Source: Thermoanaerobaculia bacterium (GTDB lineage: Bacteria; Acidobacteriota; Thermoanaerobaculia; UBA5066). From it: a DNA stretch of 63,912 nt. Shown one piece after another: positions 19,318 through 27,670 of the stretch; the stretch's first letter is position 1, and the number at the start of each line of letters is the position of its first letter. Made by a program: the position numbers and the translations under genes. The DNA lies in assembly GCA_038245905.1 (NCBI GenBank), contig JBBRRY010000022.1, forward strand, positions 1 to 63,912, read 5' to 3'. The notes under the pieces are model-generated. The model made no database searches. It was not told the DNA's origin and worked only from the letters and a program-made list of their open reading frames with translations.

Positions 19318-20028
19318 ATGCTGGTGAAGCGCCTCCCGCCCGCTCCCGTGCCCGAGACGCTCGCCCGCCTCGAGCACCTTTACGGCGAAGCGGGCTGCTC
19401 GCTCGACTTCGGGCGGCCGCTCGAGCTCCTCGTCGCGACGATTCTCTCGGCGCAGTGCACGGACGCGCGCGTGAACATGGTGACTCCCGAGGTCTTCCGG
19501 CGCTTTCCGGACGCGGCGGCGCTCGCGGCGGCTCCGCCGGGCGCCCTCGAGAGCGTCATCCGCTCGACGGGCTTCTTCAACGCGAAGGCGAAGTCCCTCC
19601 GCGGGATGGCGAAGGCGCTCGTCGAGAAGCACGGCGGGGTGGTGCCCCGGACGATGGCCGAGCTCCACGCGCTGCCCGGCGTCGGGCGCAAGACCGCGAA
19701 CGTCGTCCTCGGAAACGTCTGGGGCACGCCCGACGGCGTCGTCGTCGACACGCACGTGGGCCGCCTCGCGCGCCGACTGGGATGGACGAAACACATGGAC
19801 CCCGTGAAGGCCGAGCGGGATCTCAACAAGATCATCCCGAGGGAGCGCTGGACCTGGATCAGTCACGCCCTCATCCTCCACGGACGGCGTATCTGCTCCT
19901 CGCAGCGGCCGAAATGCGACCTCTGCACGCTGGCGGACATCTGCCCGAAGGTGGGCGTGGATACGAAACTGGATCAGAGAAAGAAAGAGAAGATTTCTTT
20001 GAAGGTGAAAAGGACGGGACGCCGATGA
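19318..20028 (+). CDS. nth: Endonuclease III
   Basis: [12 protein letters not shown], Hh[18 protein letters not shown], and the Fe-S motif C-x6-C-x2-C-x5-C. Confidence 0.95.
   Translation: MLVKRLPPAPVPETLARLEHLYGEAGCSLDFGRPLELLVATILSAQCTDARVNMVTPEVFRRFPDAAALAAAPPGALESVIRSTGFFNAKAKSLRGMAKALVEKHGGVVPRTMAELHALPGVGRKTANVVLGNVWGTPDGVVVDTHVGRLARRLGWTKHMDPVKAERDLNKIIPRERWTWISHALILHGRRICSSQRPKCDLCTLADICPKVGVDTKLDQRKKEKISLKVKRTGRR
19989..20009 (+). repeat. Dispersed motif, copy in nth
   Basis: 21/21 identical to 9385-9405. Confidence 0.85.
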
Positions 20029-20639
20029 CGCCTCCCGGAGTTGGTTCCATCGAAGTCATCTGCGGATCGATGTTCTCGGGCAAGTCCGAGGAGCTGATCC
20101 GCCGCCTGACGCGCGCGCAAATCGCGCGGCGCCGCATCCAGGTGTTCAAGCCGAAGATCGACGACCGCTACTCGGAGGCCGAGGTGGTATCGCACGGGGG
20201 ACTCCGGCTCCTCGCCATCGCCGTCGCGTCCTCGGCCGACGTGCTCGAGAGGACCGACGCGCGCACGGAAGTCGTGGGACTCGATGAAGTTCAGTTCTTC
20301 GATGCCGGGATCGTGGACGTCGCGAGCCGTCTTGCCGATCTCGGCAAGCGGGTCATCGCCGCGGGCCTGGACCAGGACTATCTCGGAAGGCCGTTCGAGC
20401 CGATGCCGGCCCTCATGGCTGCGGCCGAAGAGGTCATAAAGACGCGCGCCATCTGCGTGCGCTGCGGGCAGCCCGCGAGCCGGACGCAGCGTCTCGTGGA
20501 GTCCACGGAGCGGGTCGTCGTGGGCGCCGCGGGTCTCTACGAAGCGCGCTGCCGGCGCTGCTTCGAGCCCGGCGTCGCGTCCGCCGCTGGCTCGCTCCCC
20601 TTCCCGGAAGACGGGGACGGGACTCGTTCAAACACCTGA
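20025..20639 (+). CDS. tdk: Thymidine kinase
   Basis: [27 protein letters not shown]...YEARCRRC; ATGA overlap with nth. Confidence 0.95.
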   Translation: MTPPGVGSIEVICGSMFSGKSEELIRRLTRAQIARRRIQVFKPKIDDRYSEAEVVSHGGLRLLAIAVASSADVLERTDARTEVVGLDEVQFFDAGIVDVASRLADLGKRVIAAGLDQDYLGRPFEPMPALMAAAEEVIKTRAICVRCGQPASRTQRLVESTERVVVGAAGLYEARCRRCFEPGVASAAGSLPFPEDGDGTRSNT

Positions 20640-20666
20640 CGAATCAAGGCTTCGAAGGAAACCCAG

Positions 20667-20772
20667 AGGTTCTGTGGGTTGCCCTGTGAATTTCGATGTG
20701 CAAAAGGCCGAGGATTCCGCGCTGACGGCTTTCTCCGGAACTTTGCACAAGTTCGGGTGCAACCCAGAACCT
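20667..20772 (+). other. Long imperfect inverted repeat (candidate structured RNA or DNA site)
   Basis: Nested pairings AGGTTCTG/CAGAACCT, GGTTGC/GCAACC, GAATT/AGTTC, TGTGCAAA/TTTGCACA and AGGCCG/CGGCTT. Confidence 0.5.
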
Positions 20773-20953
20773 GCTTTCTGACAGTCACTTGCGCCTGACG
20801 CCCCGTGTAAGAACGGCGCAAACCCCCTTCCCGCGCGGGTTCGGGCGAATTACACAGCGGCGGGTCGGCTTTCCATGCGGTTCGGAGCCTCTTACACCTC
20901 GCCAAACCCGCATGGAATGCCGGTTTGGCGTGCTCCGGAGGCCGGGGACGGGC

Positions 20954-22534
20954 TCACCAAGCCGTAGTTTCGTGGTGCTCGCCGAAGACCGAACGCAGGG
21001 ATTCGACGATCTCTCCGAGCGTGACGAGCTCCGTCACCGCCTCCACGATCGGAGGCATGAGGTTTCGCCCCTCGCGGGCCGCTTCGACGAGCGCCGTGCG
21101 CCGCTTTTCCACGGCGGCCGCATTGCGGCGCGCGCGCAGGGCCTCGAGGCGCGCGATCTGATCGGCCTCCACGCCCGCGTCGACGACGAGAGTCGGGATC
21201 GCGCGCACCTCCGGCGACACGAACGCGTTGACGCCGACGACGACCTGCTCTCCGCTCTCGATCGCGCGCTGCGCTCGCCACGCGCTCTCCTGGATCTCGC
21301 GCTGGAAGAACCCGGCCTCGATGGCTTTCAGGGCGCCGCCCATCGCGTCGATCTTCCGGATGAGGGCGCCTGCGCCGTCGACGAGGCCCGCCGTCAACGC
21401 TTCGATGGCCCACGAGCCTCCGAGCGGATCGACGACGCGCGCGACTCCCGTCTCGTGCGCGATGACCTGCTGGGTTCGGAGCGCGAGGAGAGCGGACTCC
21501 TCGGTCGGGAGCGAGAGCGCCTCGTCCTTCCCGTTCGTGTGGAGGGACTGGGTCCCCCCGAGCACCGCCGCGAGGGCCTGGAGGGCGACGCGGACGACGT
21601 TCACGTCGGGCTGCTGCGCGGTGAGCGTTGAGCCCGCCGTCTGGGTGTGAAAGCGCATCGCCGCCCCGCGTGGGTCCGTGATGCCGAACCGCTCGCCGAC
21701 GAGCCAAGCCCAGAGCGTCCGCGCGGCGCGGAACTTTGCGATCTCCTCGAGGAAGTCGTTATGGACGTTGAAAAAGAAGGACAGCCGGGGCGCGATCGCG
21801 GCGGGGTCGAGGCCCGCGGCGCGCGCGGCGGCCAGGTATTCGAGCCCGTCCGCGAGCGTGAACGCGATTTCCTGCACGGCAGTCGCTCCCGCCTCCCGGA
21901 TGTGGTAGCCCGAGATCGAGATGGTGTTCCAGCGCGGGACGTTCTCGAGGCAGAACGCGAAGACGTCGGTCACGAGTCTGAGAGACGGCTTCGGCGGGAA
22001 CGCGTAGGTCCCGCGGGCCGCGTATTCCTTGAGAATGTCGTTCTGGATCGTTCCCGAGAGCTTCTGCCACGGAGTGCCGCGGCCTTTCGCGACCGCGAGG
22101 AGGAACGATAGGAGAATCGACGCGGTCGCGTTGATCGTCATCGAAATCGACACCGTGTCGAGCGGGATCCCGGCGAGAAGCGTCTCCATGTCCTCTAGGG
22201 ACGCGACGGGAACGCCGACCTTGCCGACCTCGCCCCGCGCGAGTGCGTGGTCCGAGTCGAAGCCGATCTGGGTCGGGAGATCGAAGGCCACGGAGAGGCC
22301 GGTCTGCCCCTGGTCGAGAAGAAACCGATAGCGGCTGTTCGATTCGGCGGCGCTCGAGAAGCCCGCGTACTGCCGCATCGTCCACAACTTCGTCCGGTAT
22401 CCGCCCGGGAGGGCGCCGCGCGTGAAGGGGGCGACTCCCGGGAGAGAAGGAGCCCAGCCGGCTGGAATATCGCCCGGACCGTAAACCGTCCGGAGGGGCA
22501 GGCCGGACGGGGTGGACTCGACGGAATCGCTCAT
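20954..22534 (-). CDS. Methylmalonyl-CoA mutase, large (substrate-binding) subunit
   Basis: WTMRQYAGF, GLSVAFDLPTQ, GTIQNDILKEY and ISISGYHIREAG; no C-terminal B12-binding domain. Confidence 0.93.
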   Translation of the reverse strand: MSDSVESTPSGLPLRTVYGPGDIPAGWAPSLPGVAPFTRGALPGGYRTKLWTMRQYAGFSSAAESNSRYRFLLDQGQTGLSVAFDLPTQIGFDSDHALARGEVGKVGVPVASLEDMETLLAGIPLDTVSISMTINATASILLSFLLAVAKGRGTPWQKLSGTIQNDILKEYAARGTYAFPPKPSLRLVTDVFAFCLENVPRWNTISISGYHIREAGATAVQEIAFTLADGLEYLAAARAAGLDPAAIAPRLSFFFNVHNDFLEEIAKFRAARTLWAWLVGERFGITDPRGAAMRFHTQTAGSTLTAQQPDVNVVRVALQALAAVLGGTQSLHTNGKDEALSLPTEESALLALRTQQVIAHETGVARVVDPLGGSWAIEALTAGLVDGAGALIRKIDAMGGALKAIEAGFFQREIQESAWRAQRAIESGEQVVVGVNAFVSPEVRAIPTLVVDAGVEADQIARLEALRARRNAAAVEKRRTALVEAAREGRNLMPPIVEAVTELVTLGEIVESLRSVFGEHHETTAW

Positions 22535-22633
22535 GACCCCGATGCTAGCCTCGACCCGCCGCGGTTTGAAAGTGTGGTGGGGGCAGCTCGGAATCCGCTC
22601 TCAGGGCGGCTTCGTGTCAAACTCTTCGTGGCC

Positions 22634-24070
22634 GTGGCACGCACGCTCAGCGGAAACCTCGACACGTTCTCCCTCGCCGATCTTCTTCAGTGGCTGGAGA
22701 TCAACGCGCTCTCCGGCCGCGTGACGGTCTGGCGTGGTGAGGTCCTGCGCACGATCGACCTCAAGGGCGGCGCGATCGTGTTCGTCTCCTCGTCCCTGCC
22801 GAACGAGCGGCTCGGCGTCTACCTGACGCGCCGAAGGGTCCTGTCCGAGGCCGCCGTATACGAGCTTCTTGCCGAAAGCTTCGCGACCGGCAAGAACCTC
22901 ACGCGCCTCATCCTGGAGCGCAACCTACTCGCCCGCGAGAAGCTTGCCGAGGCTGTCGAAGGCCTCGCGATGAAGATCCTCCTCGACCTGTTCAGCTGGG
23001 GGGGCGCCTCGTTCGAATTCGACCCTCTTTTCAAGATCGAGGACCTGATCCGGATCCACTTGTCTCTGCGCGGGCAGGTTCTCGCGTTTCATGGCGCCAA
23101 GGCCATGGACGACTCGCGCGTGAACATCGGCATGGCCACCGGTGCCGACGAAACGGGCGCGCGCTGGGAAAAAGAGTTCAAGCCGGACGCGCTCGCCTCC
23201 CTGTTCTGGACGATCCTCGAGGGACTCCCCGGCGAGACGCCTGCGCCGACCGCTCTTCGCGAGGCATTTCAGGGCTTCACCTCGTTCGCGAACCGCGTCC
23301 ACAAGAGGCTTCGCGAACCCGCACGGCTCTTCCCGATTTACGATGACACGGCCACGATGCTGAGGACGGCGCTCGACGAGGGCGGCGATCCCGAGCGCCT
23401 CGTCCAGGTCGCCGCACTCGACCCTTTTCTGACCATCGACCTCCTGTACCTCGCGAACTCGCTGCGCACGGACCCGGCCGAGCTGATCGGGACGGCTCGC
23501 GAAGCCGTCCGGGTCGCGGGGGGACCGGCCATCCGCCGCTTCATCGGCCTCCTCGCGGATGCGGGGTCTCCCAAGGTGCCCTCGGAAGAGAAGATGGAGC
23601 GCGTCGTGAGGCGCTCGGCGCTGTCCACCGCGGTGGCCGGCTCACACCTCGCCGAAGAGCACGGCCTCGAGCGGGAGGACGCTTACACGCTCGGGCTCCT
23701 CGAGCCTCTCGGCAGCTACGAGCTCCTCAAGCTGTTGATCTCCGTGGCTTTCCCTCCCGGTCCGATACGCGCGGCCGCCCTCTCGCGCTTCCGAGCGGCC
23801 GCGGGTCGCGTCCTGGCCCGGAAATTGAATCTCCCCCAGACGGTCGAGGACGTCCTCGGCTCGAGCGGGCGCATCACGTCGAAAAGCCCGGTCGCCGAAC
23901 GGTTGATCTTTCTCGCCAAGCAGGCCGCTCCTTCCGAGCAGATTGGACAGGAGTGGTCGAGCGACGACCCACGCCTCACCGAACAGGTCGTCGCCCTGAC
24001 GGCGAGCCCGGAGCGATGCGACGTCATTTCCCGGGATGCGGCCATGCTGCGAGAGATCCTGCAGCTCTGA
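22634..24070 (+). CDS. DUF4388 domain plus degenerate HDOD domain protein
   Basis: LSGNLDTFSLADLLQWL...SG, RLG.YL, LFSWGGASFEF; HDOD-like DPFLT...LANS and AYTLGLL. Start uncertain (22628 or 22634). Confidence 0.75.
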   Translation: MARTLSGNLDTFSLADLLQWLEINALSGRVTVWRGEVLRTIDLKGGAIVFVSSSLPNERLGVYLTRRRVLSEAAVYELLAESFATGKNLTRLILERNLLAREKLAEAVEGLAMKILLDLFSWGGASFEFDPLFKIEDLIRIHLSLRGQVLAFHGAKAMDDSRVNIGMATGADETGARWEKEFKPDALASLFWTILEGLPGETPAPTALREAFQGFTSFANRVHKRLREPARLFPIYDDTATMLRTALDEGGDPERLVQVAALDPFLTIDLLYLANSLRTDPAELIGTAREAVRVAGGPAIRRFIGLLADAGSPKVPSEEKMERVVRRSALSTAVAGSHLAEEHGLEREDAYTLGLLEPLGSYELLKLLISVAFPPGPIRAAALSRFRAAAGRVLARKLNLPQTVEDVLGSSGRITSKSPVAERLIFLAKQAAPSEQIGQEWSSDDPRLTEQVVALTASPERCDVISRDAAMLREILQL

Positions 24071-24095
24071 CCACCTTCTCTAATCGAGGTCACCC

Positions 24096-25775
24096 ATGAA
24101 CGTCGCCTGTCTTCCGCGGCTCGTATCTGCCTTGCTCGTCTCAACCTTGCTCGTCTCCGCCGCTGCCGTCGCGGCCGCGGGACCGGCCGGCGCCACCGAC
24201 ACGTCACCAGCACGCACGGGACTCCGCGCTGCCGTGGACGTCACGGCGATGGACCTCGACGTCGTCGCGACGGCGAAGGACGGACGGCCGGTGACAGACC
24301 TCACCCGCGCCGAGATTTCCGTGGCGGTTGACGGCAAGCCCGTCTCGCTCGACTACTTCGTGCGGGTCGAAGCCGGCCAGCTTCACGGCCCCGACCTCGC
24401 GGCGGCGTCGCCGGACCTGATCCTGCAGACGGCCGCGGCGGGCCCGGAGCGCTTTCTTCCTCGGCAGTTCCTCGTGTTCTTCGACGACGAGCACCTCCTG
24501 CCGTTCGAGCGCAAGCGCGTCCTCGAGGGCCTGCGCGACTTCGTGACGCGCCTCTCCCCGTCCGACGCGATGGCGATCCTCGCGTACAACGTCTCGACGC
24601 ACGTCTTCGTGCCGTTCACGAATTCGAAGGAGGACCTCCTCGGCGGACTCTCACGACTCGAAAGGGCGCCGCCTCGGGGCCTCCACTGGGACATCGAATA
24701 CCGCCAGTCCATTCAGGAGGCCAGGCGGTACTCGGCGTTCACGCAGCGCGGCCAGAACGCACGCGACTCCATCGTCCGCAACTGGGGCGCCCAGGCGTGG
24801 GCGCGCGACAAGGGAACGCTGGACGAGTTCCGGCGCGCTGTCGAGGCTCTCGGGGCGCGCTCGGGGAAACGCGTCCTCCTTTACGTCTCCCACGGCATGG
24901 AGATGCGGCCCGGGCAGAGCCTCGCGCAGGCGCTCGGCGGGACGGCCCTGAACCAGTTCGACTACAGCATCCAGGATCCTTACCGGGCCGTCCTGGACGC
25001 GGCGAACCGCGCGGGCATCACGATCCACGCGATCGACGCCCGGGGCCTCGCGACGGACGCGGATGCCGGAGAGTCCGAACCGCCTGCAATTGATCCCTTC
25101 CTGGCAAACGCGAATCGACGCGAGCTGCTCGCGGGCTTCGCGGACGAGACGGGCGGCATCCTCGTCGAGAATCGGAATGGGTTCGCCCCCGCGCTCGACC
25201 AGATCGCTCGCGAGTCGGCCAGCTACTACGCTGTCGGCGTGACGCTCGCTTCGCTCGACGCGAAAAAGCCGCGCCATGACGTCCGGGTGTCGACGTCGCG
25301 CCCCGGGGTGACGGTCCGGACGCGGCGCGGCTACACGCCGCTCACGGCCGCGGACGCGGCGCACGACCGCATGGAGATGAGCCTGATCACGCCGGACGCC
25401 GGAGGCGACTTTCCGGTCACGCTCCAGACGTCCGCTCCCTCGAAGAAGGGCGCCGGACTGGGCCGCCGCGCCGTGCCTTTCGCCGTCGTCGTGCCGCTCT
25501 CGTCGCTCACGTTTCTCGACGAGAACGGGATGAAGAAAGCGGTCGTCGAGCTGCGCCTCGCGGCCGTCGAAGACAAGGGGTCGCGCTCGGACCCCGTGAC
25601 CGACCGGCGCGAGATCGTCGTCAGCCCCGAGGTCCTCGCGAAATCGGCCGGGGAGCCGTTCGTCTACCGGGGCGAATTCAAGTCGCGCACGGGGAACATG
25701 CGGTTCGTGGCGACCGTGCGAGACATCGCCACGAACCGCATCGGCGTCGGCACGGTGTCCGTGCGCGTGGAATAA
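24096..25775 (+). CDS. Acidobacterial VWFA-related domain protein (secreted)
   Basis: LDVVATAKDGRPVTDLT, GKRVLLYVSHG, ANRAGITIHAIDARGL, ADETGG, SYYAVG, VRTRRGY. Confidence 0.85.
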   Translation: MNVACLPRLVSALLVSTLLVSAAAVAAAGPAGATDTSPARTGLRAAVDVTAMDLDVVATAKDGRPVTDLTRAEISVAVDGKPVSLDYFVRVEAGQLHGPDLAAASPDLILQTAAAGPERFLPRQFLVFFDDEHLLPFERKRVLEGLRDFVTRLSPSDAMAILAYNVSTHVFVPFTNSKEDLLGGLSRLERAPPRGLHWDIEYRQSIQEARRYSAFTQRGQNARDSIVRNWGAQAWARDKGTLDEFRRAVEALGARSGKRVLLYVSHGMEMRPGQSLAQALGGTALNQFDYSIQDPYRAVLDAANRAGITIHAIDARGLATDADAGESEPPAIDPFLANANRRELLAGFADETGGILVENRNGFAPALDQIARESASYYAVGVTLASLDAKKPRHDVRVSTSRPGVTVRTRRGYTPLTAADAAHDRMEMSLITPDAGGDFPVTLQTSAPSKKGAGLGRRAVPFAVVVPLSSLTFLDENGMKKAVVELRLAAVEDKGSRSDPVTDRREIVVSPEVLAKSAGEPFVYRGEFKSRTGNMRFVATVRDIATNRIGVGTVSVRVE

Positions 25776-25778
25776 CGC

Positions 25779-27332
25779 CTACTTCTTCAGCGGCCCGACG
25801 ACGGTAAAGGGGGTAGCGAGCTCGAGCTTCTTCTGGGTCGTGGGCTCTGACAGCGTAAGCCTGAGCTCGTACTCCCCCGGCTTCAGGTACTGCCCCAGGT
25901 TCGACTCCACGACGCCTCCGGCGATGTCGAGCACGAGCGTCCCCTGCTCCCTCTGCTCGGGCACCTTCGCCGGCTCCTCGGGCGCGGTCGGCACGTCGAT
26001 CGCCGGCTGGCCCTTGGGCTTGATCTTCACCGTCCGCTTCAGCGTGATCGTCCTCGTCACCGGGTCGATCGGCGGGTTGTAGACGCGCACGGCGTACGAA
26101 AGACCGTCGGCGGGATCGACGCGTCCGTCTCCCTTGACCACGAAGCGGCGCGCCGAGAACGTGAACGGCTCGTCGGGCTTCGGGGAGTCGACGGGAAAGT
26201 CGTTGATCGCCACGACGAGCAACGAGGCCGCGAATTCCGTCGGGAGGGGCGGCACGGTGACGGGCCGCCGCGCCGACACGAGCACCTTGCCCGCGGAGTC
26301 CACGAGGGCGACCGCGACGTCGTAGTCGCCAGGGACCACCCGGACGGCGCGGTCGGTGAAGAAGTCGGCCTTTGTCCTGCGAAGCGCCGCCGCCTCCTCG
26401 AGCCGAACGGCGTCCTTGCCGTCCTTGTCCTTCGCAAGGACGAGGAGCTTCGCGCCCTCTCCGGTTCCGGCCACGGAGGCCGATACGTAAAGCTGCAACA
26501 TGAGGCGCGACGCCCCGTCGCGGTACGAGACCGCAAGGAGCGCGAGCGATCCGGACGGTTCCTTGGCCTCTTTGGCGCCTTTCGCGAGGCCTTCGAGCGT
26601 CGCGCGCGCGCCCTCCGAGAGGGCCGGGCCCTTGGACTCCTCGGCGGCCCTGTCGGCCTCTGCCTTCTGTTCGGCAGCCACCTGCTCCATCGTCTTGTAG
26701 ATCGGCACGTTCCTGAGCTGCGGGCTCACGAGCGCAAGCTGGGCCGCCTTCGTCTCTAGGCGCCTGGCCGGTCCCACGTCGAGAAGGGTCTCGCGCTGGT
26801 CGCCGACGTCCACCCGGAACTTCAGGTCGAGCGACGCCACGTCCGCCCATGGCGGAAGCTGCGCCTTTTCGTAGAGGAACTGCGTGAGGATCGAACTTCC
26901 GCCCGTTTCGGCGCCGGCAGTCGCGCCCGTCGCTTCGAACGACGGGGCGCGCGCCGCCTCGGCCTTGTGCGTGATGGACTTCGGGGGGCCAACGAGAATA
27001 AAAGCCTTGCCGCGCTCCGTCAGGGCGCCGCGCTTGCGGCCGAGCGGGAAGATCTCGTCGGCCTTCTTGACGAGGACATCGAAGCGCTCGCGGAACTCGT
27101 TCGCGGGCGTCTTCAGGTCCGGGTCACGGCGCGCCCAGAAAAGCGCGATGAATCTCTCGGCATCCTCGTCCGAGGCGATCTTCTTCCATTCCTTCTTCTC
27201 GTCGTCGGTCGCGAGATAGACGGACGCGGGCGACTGAGCCCAGTCCTTGTGCTTGTCGAGAGCCGCGAGGCACGGCGTCGCGGCGACGAGAAGAACGAGC
27301 GCGAGAGCGGTGCGTCCACGTCCAAGCGTCAT
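25779..27332 (-). CDS. GWxTD domain-containing protein (paralog 1)
   Basis: FIALFWARRDPDLKTPANEFRERF...GALTERGKAFILVGPP; signal peptide; AGGGAG SD before ATG 27332. Confidence 0.82.
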   Translation of the reverse strand: MTLGRGRTALALVLLVAATPCLAALDKHKDWAQSPASVYLATDDEKKEWKKIASDEDAERFIALFWARRDPDLKTPANEFRERFDVLVKKADEIFPLGRKRGALTERGKAFILVGPPKSITHKAEAARAPSFEATGATAGAETGGSSILTQFLYEKAQLPPWADVASLDLKFRVDVGDQRETLLDVGPARRLETKAAQLALVSPQLRNVPIYKTMEQVAAEQKAEADRAAEESKGPALSEGARATLEGLAKGAKEAKEPSGSLALLAVSYRDGASRLMLQLYVSASVAGTGEGAKLLVLAKDKDGKDAVRLEEAAALRRTKADFFTDRAVRVVPGDYDVAVALVDSAGKVLVSARRPVTVPPLPTEFAASLLVVAINDFPVDSPKPDEPFTFSARRFVVKGDGRVDPADGLSYAVRVYNPPIDPVTRTITLKRTVKIKPKGQPAIDVPTAPEEPAKVPEQREQGTLVLDIAGGVVESNLGQYLKPGEYELRLTLSEPTTQKKLELATPFTVVGPLKK

Positions 27333-27670
27333 CGAAAACTCCCTTCCTACCCTGGGTGTTCGGGCGGAGTCACGCCCTCGACCGAACATCATAAACGGCC
27401 CCGGCGGCAGAGAAAGCGCCTTACTTCAGCGGCAGGTCCGCTCCGGGACACTACGGGATTTTGAATTCCAGTCCCGGTTTCCGTCGTTGAGGGCCGCCCC
27501 GATCGACAAAAACGCTGGGAATCCGCTGCGCGACAGGTCCGATCATCCGGCATAGTAAGTGCTTTGGGAGGTCAATTCGGCCCTGCTATGATGAATACGG
27601 ACACCCGCATACTGACCTTAGTCACACGTTCTTTTTTGCGTTTGGTTTCAAGAGGTAAGGAGGAGAGGAC

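Noticed and set aside
20954-22534. Mutase as a truncated pseudogene
   Set aside because: Split large/small subunit acyl-CoA mutases are well known, and the ORF and motifs are intact.
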